Source: Bacteroidaceae bacterium (lineage in GTDB: Bacteria > Bacteroidota > Bacteroidia > Bacteroidales > Bacteroidaceae). Taken from it: a DNA stretch of 64,000 nt. The DNA lies in the NCBI GenBank assembly GCA_963590865.1, contig CAVAQY010000001.1, positions 4,750-68,749 on the forward strand, given 5' to 3'. Under the pieces are notes generated by a model. The model had not been told where the DNA came from. It was given only the letters and a program-made list of their open reading frames with translations, and searched no databases. This document shows positions 47,552-58,100 of the stretch, piece by piece; the stretch's first letter is position 1; every line of letters starts with the position of its first letter. A program made the position numbers and the translations under genes.

Positions 47552-49897
47552 ATGAAGAAAATAGTAGTGCTTGCGCTTTCCGCGCTTCTTACGTCCAATG
47601 CTGTGTTGGCCGAAAAGTTAACAGTTGACGAGGCCAAAGCAGTGGCTTCAAAGTTTTTCAACGGAGCCTCTGCCGTCCTCAAGGCCAGTGGCAACGGACA
47701 GGCTCTGTCGCTTGCCGGAGCGTCGACAGGCTATTACATATTCAACAGAGGCACATCGTCGGGCTATGTTATTGTGGCTGCTGACGACAAAGTCGCGAAC
47801 CAGGTGCTCGGATATGCTGACGAGGGCACGGTGGACATGGCGGCCATGCCGGAAAACATGGCGTGGTGGCTTGCGGAATACGACCGCCAGATGAGCTACG
47901 CCGGACAGAATGCCGTGGCGAAAAGCGGAACGGCGGTTGCCAAGTATGCCAATATTGCACCGCTGCTCACCTCAAAATGGGATCAGGACAGCCCCTACAA
48001 TGACTTCTGCCCGGTGCAAAGGGACACGGTTTGTCCCACCGGTTGCGTGGCAACAGCCGTAGCGCAGTTGATGTACTACCACAAATGGCCGGAAAAGGGA
48101 ACCGGCTCCAATGCCTACAACTGGAATGGTGAGATACTGTCTGCTGATTTCAGTCAGAGCACCTACGACTGGAGCGCAATGACCGACAGGTATGGCAACA
48201 ATAGTTCCGATGCGTCAAAGGCGGCAGTAGCCCTGCTGATGCACGATGTGGGTATTGCCGTAAACATGGAGTATGAGGCAAAGTCCAGCGGAGCTTTCCA
48301 GCAGCTGATAGCACCGGCCTTGGCGACATACTTCTCCTATGACAAGAACATAAAGTATGTGCAGCGCAAGTATTATGGTGTGAAGGAATGGGACGACTTG
48401 GTTTACAAGGAACTTGCCGCGTCGAGACCCGTCTATTATACCGGCTATACGGAAAACTATGCGAACGGCCACGCCTTTGCCTGCGACGGCTACCGTGACG
48501 GCTACTTCCACATCAACTGGGGCTGGGGCGGAGTCAGCAACGGCTACTTCTTGCTGACGGCTCTCGACCCCGACCAGCAAGGTATCGGAGGCAGTTCGTC
48601 GGGTTACAGCTATGCGCAGGATATTGTGATGAACATACAAAAGCCGCAGGAGAATACTGTGATAGAACCTCTCTACTTTAACGACGGCAATTTTTCTACA
48701 TCGAAAACGCAGGCTACATTAAGTGAAACGTTAACGTTCCGCGGTAATTTCCGCAACGGCGGAATATACGCCAGCACGGTCAACTTCGGACTGATTGTGG
48801 TAAGTGCAGATGGCGACACGACATACGTGGCCGGTAACGGCGGCTCTTACAGGGCTGGCTCCGGCACAGGAACATTTGGAGTCAGCATGAGCCAGTTCCC
48901 TACGGCCGAAGGCGACTACTTCATTTATCCCGCCTATCAGGACACCAGCACCAAAGTGTGGTATAAGATGCAGACCGTGACGGGTTACGCTGGCTACGTT
49001 GTGGGCACAGTTAGCGGCTCCACGGTGGACTTCTGTACGCCGGAGGCAGACGCAAGCGAACTTACAACCACAAACTTCGCCCCCACATCGTCGCTGTATG
49101 CAGGAAAGAGTTTCACGGCAACAGCCACCATAAGCAACGCCGGAGGTGAATATTACGACAAGGTGTATGTGGCGTTTATGAACGTTGGTGCTTCAACCTA
49201 TGCCGCAATCTCCAACGGTGCTCTGATAGGTCTTGCCAACGGAGTGACACAGGTGCTTTCTTTCTCGGGAACCGTTCCCAGCAAAGCGGGCGACTATGAA
49301 CTGCTGTTGGTGGACAGATACTTTAATTCCATAAGCGAGCGTGTGCCGGTGACTGTGAGTGCTGCACCGACAGGAGTGGTGAGCATGAAGCTCACAAACC
49401 AGCTCCGCGTAGCAAATCCGACACAAGTGGCTGCCGACAACTTCTCCGTTTCGGCCACGATAAGGGGCATTTCCGGCTGCTACGACAACACTCTTACCCT
49501 CGCTCTGTTCCGTAATGGAGAAAACAGAAGCAGCGACATGATGAACAAGAAGATCGTTGTAGGCGAAGGAGACAACGTGACTGTCGTGTTTGAGGGTGAA
49601 ATTCCCAGTGCCGAAGTGGGCGACAAGTATATTGCCGCGTTGTATTATTTAAGCAACGGACAGTGGGCTGTCTTGCCTGCCTTGGGCAACAACTACAACT
49701 ATCTGACGTTTACCGTCGGCCATCTCACGGGCATCGACGACGCAACCGCAACCACTTCAACCGGCGAAACCCTCGTCTACACTCTGTCGGGTACGCTCGT
49801 CGGCACATACAAGACGGCTGCGCCCGACCTGAAAGACCTGCCCAAGGGACTCTATATTGTGAAGAGAGGCTCGGAAACAAGAAAGGTAAGAAACTGA
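47552..49897 (+). CDS. C10-family (streptopain-like) cysteine peptidase with N-terminal Spi-type propeptide and T9SS C-terminal sorting domain
   Basis: Catalytic Cys context CPTGCVATAVAQLMYYHKWP and His context NGHAFACDGYRDGYFHINWGWGGVSNGYF closely parallel SpeB. Signal peptide MKKIVVLALSALLTSNAVLA. C-terminus VYTLSGTLVGTYK...LPKGLYIVKRGSETRKVRN. Confidence 0.9.
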   Translation: MKKIVVLALSALLTSNAVLAEKLTVDEAKAVASKFFNGASAVLKASGNGQALSLAGASTGYYIFNRGTSSGYVIVAADDKVANQVLGYADEGTVDMAAMPENMAWWLAEYDRQMSYAGQNAVAKSGTAVAKYANIAPLLTSKWDQDSPYNDFCPVQRDTVCPTGCVATAVAQLMYYHKWPEKGTGSNAYNWNGEILSADFSQSTYDWSAMTDRYGNNSSDASKAAVALLMHDVGIAVNMEYEAKSSGAFQQLIAPALATYFSYDKNIKYVQRKYYGVKEWDDLVYKELAASRPVYYTGYTENYANGHAFACDGYRDGYFHINWGWGGVSNGYFLLTALDPDQQGIGGSSSGYSYAQDIVMNIQKPQENTVIEPLYFNDGNFSTSKTQATLSETLTFRGNFRNGGIYASTVNFGLIVVSADGDTTYVAGNGGSYRAGSGTGTFGVSMSQFPTAEGDYFIYPAYQDTSTKVWYKMQTVTGYAGYVVGTVSGSTVDFCTPEADASELTTTNFAPTSSLYAGKSFTATATISNAGGEYYDKVYVAFMNVGASTYAAISNGALIGLANGVTQVLSFSGTVPSKAGDYELLLVDRYFNSISERVPVTVSAAPTGVVSMKLTNQLRVANPTQVAADNFSVSATIRGISGCYDNTLTLALFRNGENRSSDMMNKKIVVGEGDNVTVVFEGEIPSAEVGDKYIAALYYLSNGQWAVLPALGNNYNYLTFTVGHLTGIDDATATTSTGETLVYTLSGTLVGTYKTAAPDLKDLPKGLYIVKRGSETRKVRN

Positions 49898-49906
49898 AAA
49901 ACGGAA

Positions 49907-49942
49907 GTGGGGAAGCCGGAATGAACGTTCCGGCTTCCCCAC
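49907..49942 (+). terminator. Hairpin after the C10 protease gene
   Basis: gtggggaagccgga-(8 nt)-tccggcttccccac: 14-bp perfect stem, no strong T-tract. Confidence 0.5.
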
Positions 49943-50081
49943 TGCTTCATGCTTGACTTGGTAATTCTGCAAAAAAAACGTGCTCACGTTATTTTTGAAC
50001 ATTACTCATCCAAGTCGGTGTCTATCTGCTTCTAGCTCGCAAATAATCGTTAAAGAGCTTGCAACTTAAAATATTTTATCA

Positions 50082-50090
50082 TAATTTTGC
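50082..50090 (+). promoter_or_regulatory. Bacteroidota -7 promoter motif for the PL11 fusion gene
   Basis: TAATTTTGC about 47 nt upstream of ATG 50137. Confidence 0.5.
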
Positions 50091-50136
50091 GCAATTAATC
50101 TACAAACAATAACTAAAAACGACGGGATTTAAAAAG

Positions 50137-53100
50137 ATGAAGAAAAAACTACTACTACTGACAATCTTGTTTGCATCGGTCATGGGTACGGCTGTAGCCC
50201 AGCGTATGACAGACAAACTGGATCGTGGACTTGTGGCTGTAAAAACCTCCAAGGGAGTGTTTTGCAGCTGGCGTATTCCCGCAGAGGAGTACTATGACGT
50301 GCAGTACAATGTCTATCGTGACGGCACAAAGCTCAATTCCACACCGCTGAATGTGTCTAACTTCCTTGACAAGAGCGGCACTACGGGCAGCACATACACC
50401 GTAGAACCTGTTGTAAGGGGCGTTGCGCAGTCGCAATGCGCTGCTTCAAGTGTGTGGAGCAACAACTATCTTGAAGTGACCATGGATCATGGCGACCTGA
50501 CCAGTACATATGTTCCCAACGATGCGTGCTGCGCCGATGTTGACGGCGACGGTCAGGTAGAGATACTGCTGAAGTTCGACAACAGAAGCGATGCCGGCAT
50601 GCCTGCAGGCTACAACGGTGAATATGCCATAATAGAGGTATATAAGCTCAACGGCAAGAAGCTCTGGTGGATAGACTTGGGCCCGAATATGGCCGATTTC
50701 CAGAACAATGAGAACAATATCGTGGCCTTTGACTGGGACCGTGACGGCAAGGCAGAAGCCATTATGCGTGCTGCCGACGGTACAACCATACATACGGCAA
50801 CGGGAAAGACAGTTGTCATAGGCGACAAGTCGAAGAACTATCGTCCAAGCGGCGGCCCTTCAGGCGAGTGGTTCATACATGAGGGAGCGGAGTATCTGCT
50901 CTATCTGAACGGTGAAACCGGCGAGGTGTATCAGCAGATGGAATATCCATTGAAGCGACTAGAGGACGGAGAAACCAGCCTTGATGCAGCATGGGGCGAC
51001 GGCTACGGCCACCGTTCCACAAAGCATTTCTTCGGTGCTCCGTTCCTTGACGGCAAGAAGGCGAGCATCTTCCTTGCACGCGGTATCTATACCCGACACA
51101 AGATGGTGGCCTTCGACGTTGACCCTGCCACTCACCAGTTGTCGGAACGCTGGCGTTGGGTGTGCAATACTTCTGGTCCTTGGTACGGCCAGGGCTATCA
51201 CAACTACAGCATAGCCGATGTTGACATGGACGGAAGAGACGAGATTGTCTTCGGCTCTATGGTCATTGACGACAATGGCAAGGGACTTTCTACATCTGGA
51301 CTTGGCCACGGCGACGCACATCATGTGGGAGATTTCGACCCATACACATGGGGACTGGAAGTTTTTGCGTGCAACGAAGCCCAGCCGATGAACAACTTCC
51401 GCGACGCAACCACATCCAAAATATACTATCGTGCCACCGGTGGCTCCGACGACGGCCGCTCTATTGCCGGAAACTTCCTCGACGAGTATCCCGGAGCGCA
51501 GGGACGTTCGGCCAGGGACGGCCTAATCGGCGGAGCGTCGCACAAGGCTCTCGTGGGAGCGCCTACTTCGGGCATAGCAACTAACTTCCGCATATACTGG
51601 GACGGCGACCTGCTTGAAGAAACATTCAATTATGTCAGCGGAAAGAACACCGAGGGCGGAATATACAAGGGAGGTAGGGAAAGTGCGATAGCCACTCTCG
51701 CCGGTTCTAAGACCAACAACGACACCAAAGGCACGCCCTGCTATCAGGGAGACGTGCTCGGCGACTGGCGTGAGGAAGTGATAATGCGCACGGAAGCCAA
51801 CAATATCCGCATATACACCACCAACATTGAGACAGAGTGGCGCAATTACTCCCTCTGGCACGACCACCAGTACCGCAACGCCATGGTTTGGCAGATGTGC
51901 GGGTACAACCAGCCGCCTCATGCAAGCTACTTCTTGGGCAAACTGGAGGGCATTACCATTGCTCCGCCGCCACTCACAACCGAAGGACGCACCGAGATTG
52001 CCGACGGAGGAACCATCGGAGCTGAGTACAACGACAAGCATATAATGACCGATGAGACCGGCGACATGACCGTAACCGTGACCGATGGAGCTGCGCCCTA
52101 CATATACACAGACAATACTCCGTCGCACGTGGAGGGAACAGCACCCAGCAATTGCACCACAAAGAACACAACTATCAACTATACCTACTACACCCACACT
52201 CTCAAAGGCGGTGCGTTTACCGGTGACATGAGACTGGTGAAGCAGGGCGAGGGTACGCTCGTGCTGCCCAATGTGGTGGAGACATACACAGGAAACACCG
52301 ACGTTTGGAACGGTACTCTGTCGTTTGACGGCACGTTGCAGAACAGTCCGCTGTGGCTCAACCGTCACACTACGCTCATTTCCGACGGCGGCAAGTTCCC
52401 CAAAGGCATCCGTGCCGACTACAACGCCACCATCATCCCCGGTGGAAAGGACAAGAAAGGTTCTATAGCAACTGACTCTCTGAAGCTCGGATTCGGTTCC
52501 CGCGTTCAGATAGACCTCTTCGGTGAGGGCATTTCTGCCGACAATGTAAATGCAAAGACTCTTGTTGTGGAAAAGAAGGACTGGGAAAACGGTCCCCAGT
52601 ATCTCGCTCCTGTGTTTGTATTTGTTCCTCACGCAGCTGACGGTGCAACCATATTGGCCGACGGCAAGTATCTGATAGGTGAGATTGGCAAGGTGGAAGG
52701 CAGTCTTGACGACATAGTCCTTGAGGGTGTCGATGCTTACAAGCACTCTTTGGTTTATGAAGACGGCAAGCTGTATGTCTCTATCGCAGCATACGTGTCA
52801 GGCAACGTTATTTGGACTGGTAGCGAGAGCGGTGTTTGGGACCTTGACGGTACGGCCAACTTTGCCAACCGCACCACTCAAGAGACAAGCAAATTCGTTC
52901 GCGGCGATGAAGTGACATTCGACGACAGCGCTGTCACCACGGACATTGTCGTGACAGGCAAGATTGCTCCGAGCAAGATGACGTTCAACAACGATGAAAA
53001 GACGTTTACCTTCAAGGGAGACAGTATCGTTGGTGACGGCGAACTTGTGAAAAACGGTGAGGGAAGCGTAATCATATACACCGCAAACCACATCGGCAAC

Positions 53101-54684
53101 ACCACAATCAACGGTGGCAAGATCAATGCAACCAGCCTTGCCAACAACATTGGACTGGACTATGGTTCTCTGGGCGGCGTTAACAGCAAGATAAAGATAG
53201 ACAACAACGCTACTCTGGTTATGAACCTTGACGCAACCACCACGCAGGAGATAACCGTAGGCACGGGTGGAGCAACCATTGAGGTGGGCAACGGCAGGAC
53301 ACTCGCCCTGAACACAGCTGTCAAGGCTGTAAACTCAAGCAACGCTGTGCTCACCAAGGCTGGTGCAGGTTCGCTTACGCTCAGTGCAAACAACCGTCTT
53401 AGCCGTCTGATAGTAAAGGCCGGTAACGTGAATACCGTGGAGAGCAGCGGTACGGTGCAGCTACCGACAACCGTGGAATTCGTTAACGGTACGATAATCG
53501 ACCCGTCAAACGAAAATTCATACACTTCCAACAACACGAACTTTGTTGTTCCGGAACTGTGCTCTGGTTATCTTGTGGCCAAACCGCGCTGCACCTACAA
53601 CGGTTCACTCACCGGTGCCGGCACGTTCACGGTCTATGCCGCTGGAGTGCGCAACTATTTCGCTGGCGACTGGAGCCAGTTTGAGGGAACCATTATCCCC
53701 GCCTACAAAAAACGTGGTTCTTTCGACCCGTCGTTCGACTTCACAAGCGACAAGGGAATGCCTTTGGCTACGCTGCGAGTGAACAGTGGCATCGAGTTCA
53801 AGAACAACGGCAAGAGCGTGGAGATAGGTGCTATAGACGGTGAGGGTACGCTGTCTGGCACGGGAACATACACTCTCGGTTCCAACAACTCAGACTTTAA
53901 GTTCAAGGGCACCATCACAAGCCCTGTGAAGAAGGCCGGTACGGGTTGCTGGGAAGTGTCCAGTGCCTTGACAGGTATCGGCAGCATAACGGTCAATGAA
54001 GGCTCGCTCTATCTGAACAGCCTTACCGCAAAAGACCTGATAACAAGTACTGCTCCTGTATATGTGGCCAACGGCGCTACGCTGCTCGGCCGTGGCGGAA
54101 TCGTCACTTCGGTATACTTGCGCAGTGGTGCTACATTGCACGTTGGTACCAATACGGATGATTATGCCGGCGAGTTCCGTGTAACAGGTATGTTGTCGGC
54201 AGCTGAGGGTTCTGTCATTGACATGAACATAAAGAATGCCAATAACTCAAGTTCTTCGCGCTCGTTCCTCAATGTTTCCAAGAGCCTTGTGCTCAATGCA
54301 GCAGTCAACATTACCCTAAGTCCCGACTATGCTCCGGCCGCAGGTGATGAGATTATACTGTGGAACGCCGGCGCATTCAGCGGCACTCCCACCGTCAACC
54401 TCCCCGAACTGCCTTCGGGACTGTATTGGGATACGTCTGACTTGCTCACAACATCCGGCACTCTCCGTGTTACCGACAACACTTCAGGCATTGCTGCCGC
54501 AACATCAGCCACACCTGTTCACTGCCGTATGTTCACGGTGAGCGGCATCCTTGTGGCAGAGTTCGACGCTACGCTCGGCGAGGCAGCCGCAGTGGCAAAG
54601 AAGAATGTCGCAACTGCCGGAACCTATCTGTTGCAGATAAGCTCCTCAAGGGATAGCAAGACCCTCAAGCTCTCGGTGCGTTAA
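50137..54684 (+). CDS. Rhamnogalacturonan lyase (PL11-like) fused to autotransporter-type beta-helix (PATR) repeats and a T9SS C-terminal domain
   Basis: The N-terminal ~620 aa parallel YesW/YesX-type PL11: LDRGLVAV, YNVYRDG.KLN, NDACCADVDGDGQVEILLKF, AFDWDRDGKAEAIMRAADGT, DVDMDGRDEIVFGS, GHGDAHHVGDFDP, GDWREEVI. Then repeated G.GTLVL....YTGNT.V..G.L units. C-terminus FTVSGILVAEF...GTYLLQISSSRDSKTLKLSVR. Confidence 0.8.
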   Translation: MKKKLLLLTILFASVMGTAVAQRMTDKLDRGLVAVKTSKGVFCSWRIPAEEYYDVQYNVYRDGTKLNSTPLNVSNFLDKSGTTGSTYTVEPVVRGVAQSQCAASSVWSNNYLEVTMDHGDLTSTYVPNDACCADVDGDGQVEILLKFDNRSDAGMPAGYNGEYAIIEVYKLNGKKLWWIDLGPNMADFQNNENNIVAFDWDRDGKAEAIMRAADGTTIHTATGKTVVIGDKSKNYRPSGGPSGEWFIHEGAEYLLYLNGETGEVYQQMEYPLKRLEDGETSLDAAWGDGYGHRSTKHFFGAPFLDGKKASIFLARGIYTRHKMVAFDVDPATHQLSERWRWVCNTSGPWYGQGYHNYSIADVDMDGRDEIVFGSMVIDDNGKGLSTSGLGHGDAHHVGDFDPYTWGLEVFACNEAQPMNNFRDATTSKIYYRATGGSDDGRSIAGNFLDEYPGAQGRSARDGLIGGASHKALVGAPTSGIATNFRIYWDGDLLEETFNYVSGKNTEGGIYKGGRESAIATLAGSKTNNDTKGTPCYQGDVLGDWREEVIMRTEANNIRIYTTNIETEWRNYSLWHDHQYRNAMVWQMCGYNQPPHASYFLGKLEGITIAPPPLTTEGRTEIADGGTIGAEYNDKHIMTDETGDMTVTVTDGAAPYIYTDNTPSHVEGTAPSNCTTKNTTINYTYYTHTLKGGAFTGDMRLVKQGEGTLVLPNVVETYTGNTDVWNGTLSFDGTLQNSPLWLNRHTTLISDGGKFPKGIRADYNATIIPGGKDKKGSIATDSLKLGFGSRVQIDLFGEGISADNVNAKTLVVEKKDWENGPQYLAPVFVFVPHAADGATILADGKYLIGEIGKVEGSLDDIVLEGVDAYKHSLVYEDGKLYVSIAAYVSGNVIWTGSESGVWDLDGTANFANRTTQETSKFVRGDEVTFDDSAVTTDIVVTGKIAPSKMTFNNDEKTFTFKGDSIVGDGELVKNGEGSVIIYTANHIGNTTINGGKINATSLANNIGLDYGSLGGVNSKIKIDNNATLVMNLDATTTQEITVGTGGATIEVGNGRTLALNTAVKAVNSSNAVLTKAGAGSLTLSANNRLSRLIVKAGNVNTVESSGTVQLPTTVEFVNGTIIDPSNENSYTSNNTNFVVPELCSGYLVAKPRCTYNGSLTGAGTFTVYAAGVRNYFAGDWSQFEGTIIPAYKKRGSFDPSFDFTSDKGMPLATLRVNSGIEFKNNGKSVEIGAIDGEGTLSGTGTYTLGSNNSDFKFKGTITSPVKKAGTGCWEVSSALTGIGSITVNEGSLYLNSLTAKDLITSTAPVYVANGATLLGRGGIVTSVYLRSGATLHVGTNTDDYAGEFRVTGMLSAAEGSVIDMNIKNANNSSSSRSFLNVSKSLVLNAAVNITLSPDYAPAAGDEIILWNAGAFSGTPTVNLPELPSGLYWDTSDLLTTSGTLRVTDNTSGIAAATSATPVHCRMFTVSGILVAEFDATLGEAAAVAKKNVATAGTYLLQISSSRDSKTLKLSVR

Positions 54685-54697
54685 TCACCGTGACAAC

Positions 54698-54792
54698 CCT
54701 TGCCGGACATGAGGTTTCATCTGTCCGGCAAGGATAAATACCGCACAATGAAAGCGGGAGGCCGGGCATATGACTGCCCGGTCTCCCGCTTT
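54698..54792 (+). terminator. Two tandem hairpins after the PL11 fusion gene
   Basis: ccttgccggaca-(12 nt)-tgtccggcaagg (54698-54733) and aaagcgggaggccgggca-tatgac-tgcccggtctcccgcttt (54751-54792). Confidence 0.55.
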
Positions 54793-54867
54793 CGTTGTGT
54801 GATTTCATCCCCTTTATGACATCATAAAAACGCCTCCCCTTCCTGACAGCCCCGTCCGGCAATCGCA

Positions 54868-54922
54868 AATGCCGTGTCCAGCCATTCTGAATGCCGTGTT
54901 TGCGCCTCGTAAATGCCCGTGT
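54868..54922. repeat. Three direct copies of AATGCC(C)GTGT at 21-22-bp spacing
   Basis: aaatgccgtgt (54868), gaatgccgtgt (54889), aaatgcccgtgt (54911). About 150-200 nt upstream of the next gene's promoter motif. Confidence 0.8.
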
Positions 54923-55071
54923 TGTGAGGCGAAACCCGGCGGTTAGGATGCGGCAAAGCCCACGGAGGACGGGGTTATAGCTTTTTGATATTCGACTGCA
55001 AAAAGTGATTTTGCCGACGGTGGGGCAGACTTTTTGGCCGTGAAACCCTTGTTTTGTTTGCTTAATGTGCG

Positions 55072-55081
55072 TATATTTGCA
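55072..55081 (+). promoter_or_regulatory. Bacteroidota -7 promoter motif for the 1165-aa T9SS protein
   Basis: TATATTTGCA about 110 nt upstream of ATG 55190. Confidence 0.5.
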
Positions 55082-55189
55082 TCGGAACGCTGATTTTAGA
55101 CTATGTGCGGCTTGCCTGCGCATAGCCTTTCTGCGGCTTTTCCAAACGGGAATATTTTATCTATTAACTCAAAACAAACAACAAGCGAG

Positions 55190-58100
55190 ATGAAAAAGAG
55201 ACTACTGTCAATTTCATTGGCTCTGCTTGGCTGCTTAGGAGCGAGTGCCGCCTATGAGAGCGGAGGCTACTATTACAATGAAGCAGGCCGGTGGATTATT
55301 AACGGCGACAACCTGTTGACAAATAACTTGTCTGACGGGTTGGCAGCGTTTGGGTTCAAGCACACAAACACTGCAGATTTGGGAGAGGCTATTGCCGACA
55401 CGTTCGAGGTGGTTACCTCTGACGGCATGCCGGCCATCCAAGTGAACAAACAGGGCGGCGAGGGCACCGGCGGCGAGCTGTTCCTCAGCCAGTATCTGAA
55501 TGATGCTGGAGTCTATGTGGTGACCTACAAGGTGAAGAGTGCCGGCGAGGCGCGCCAACTGTCGCAGAACACCGCTTCAGGCTACAACACCAACTACCAG
55601 CACATCTTCCTTAACGACGACGGAACAACCACCTGCGACGCCACGGAGGAAACTGGCAACGGCGGTGTGTCGCTGGCACGCAACCTGCGCTACGGCGACA
55701 CATGGAAGGAGATGAGCTATACGTTCACCGTGAGCGACCCCAAGTTCCTCAACCTCCGTTTCTTCAACCTTCTGGTGGGCGACATGATCGCCGATTTCGG
55801 TATCTACAAGATTTCCGAAGTGGGCGACGACCGCGTGATAAAGGAGTACAAGGACATCATCAATGGCTATCTTGCCAACGAGACAGACTTCCCCAACGAG
55901 CGTGAAAGCCTTCAAGAGCTTCTTGGAGCACTTGATGAGATACCCCTTGAGGAGCCCCTTGACGCAAGCTCACTGGAGGAGGCCGACGCTATGATCTCCG
56001 ATTTCCTCGACGCCAACACCGTTGACGTGTCTGGCTACTTCAGCAACTGGGACTTCTCCGGCGGCAACTCCGGCGAAGCCAAGGGCATTAAGAACTGGAC
56101 TGTTGCCGGCGGCCATACCGGGCGTTGGGGCGTTGCCACGCGCTATGCCCGTGGCGTTGACTATGGCGAAGGCAAGTACATTGCCATGCAGTCCTATCCG
56201 CAGGGCATGAGCGACGGCTCTACGTCTGCTGACCTCTACCAGACAGTTGCCTTGCCGGCCGGACGCTATATGTTCACCTGCAAGTCTTCGGGCAACTACC
56301 ACTACCGTGTGAGCGGCAGCGACAAGAACGGCGTGGTTGTATGTGACTCCGTTACAGGCATGGGTATGTATGTCAACAGCGACACCCTGTGGTTCAACAC
56401 GGTGAAGACCGTAAGCCCCACAAAGGCCAACCGCTACTCCATAATCGGTACGGTGGCCGAAGGCGAAAGTATGACCCTGGGCTACCACACTCCGGGCATG
56501 ATTGCCAAGACTGGCGGAGCCTATAGCTACAGCCCTGTGGAGATACGTCTGCTCGGCGGAAAGACACAGGCCGATGTTGACGCCTTCTTCTATGAGGCTA
56601 AGGTAAAGACCAACGCTGAGGCCCTCAAGGTGATGGTTGACAGTGCAAACAATGTGCTGAAGGACGACCAGTACTTCTACTGCAAGGACTCGCTCACCAT
56701 CGTTGCCGCACACGGACAGCAGGTCTATGACGCATACCAGACCGAATATACCAACGAATCGGCCGACACCCTCAGCAAGGAGATGGTCGCTGTGCGCAAC
56801 GGCATACGCCTGTTGTACAGCATGAACTCCGCTTACACCCAGCTCAGCGGCATCATAGCCGAGGCCGAGACTCTCTATGCCGACGAGAACCGTCCCGTCA
56901 AGGGTGATCTTGGCACAGCCATCGATGCAGCCAAGGCAGTGGTATCCGGACTCACCCCCGGCCTGAAGCCCACCGAGGCCGACTCCGCCAGCCTCGCAGA
57001 CCAGATCACGGCTCTGCCCATCGCCATAGAGGCATACTATATTGCCAACGCTTCCTACAACGCTCCGGCCAAGCTGAACATCATCAACCCCTATTTCGCC
57101 AACAGCGGCACGGGTTGGAATGTCGTCAATTCCAGCGACTCAAAAGAGGTTTGGAAGTACGGCAGCGACGCCACCTTCACCAACGGCACCAAGATATACG
57201 CTTATCGCGGTACGACAACAGCACCTGCAAATGCCGTATATCAGACCGTGGCACTGGCCAACAACGGCCACTATGAGATAGCTTTCGAGGCCTACGCATT
57301 CGGACAGAAGCGCAACGGCACCATTACCGACCCCATCGGAGTGTATTTCGTGAAGCAGTTAGGCGGTGCAGACGGTGTGCTTGACACGGGCGACGATGCA
57401 GCCAAGATTGACTCTGTGATAGTTCACACAGAAAGCCTCAACAATGCAGTCAAGTACAAGGTGGCCTTCACTGTGACCAACGCCCCCGTGAACTTCACGT
57501 TCGGCCTTGACGCACTCTCCAACACTGGCGACGACTTCGACGCAGTCAAGGGCAACTTTGCCAACGGCTACGGCTATGGCGGCAACGAACTGACGTTCTA
57601 CGGCGACTACGACAAGTACAAGGCCGACTCTGTCGCCGCAGTAATCAAGCCTACACGCGACTCTCTGCAGGCTGTAATCAACGCAGCCAACGCTCTGAAG
57701 GCCGAGGCGCGCAACCCGAACAACGTTGACACCGCTCCGTTCCAGAACGCCATCAGCGAGGCACAGGGCGTTGTTGACAACTCAGCTGCAACTCTCGACG
57801 AGATCAACGCACAGTTCCCGAAGATGACCGCCGCCACCAACGCATTCATGATCAGCGGCGTATATCCGGCAGAGGGCAAGTACTTCGACCTCACCCCGCT
57901 GATAAAGAACCCGAAGTTCAAAGAGGGCGACGACAACTTTGACGGTTGGGAGTACGGCACATTCGACATAGGCGAGACACCCATGGCTTCCGACACGCTC
58001 TACAACTCGAGCGGCACAGGCCTGCTGTGGAAGTACTTCGGCGGAGACACCCACGACTATGCCAACCTGAAGGGTCACTCCAAGCTGACCCAGACTGTGG

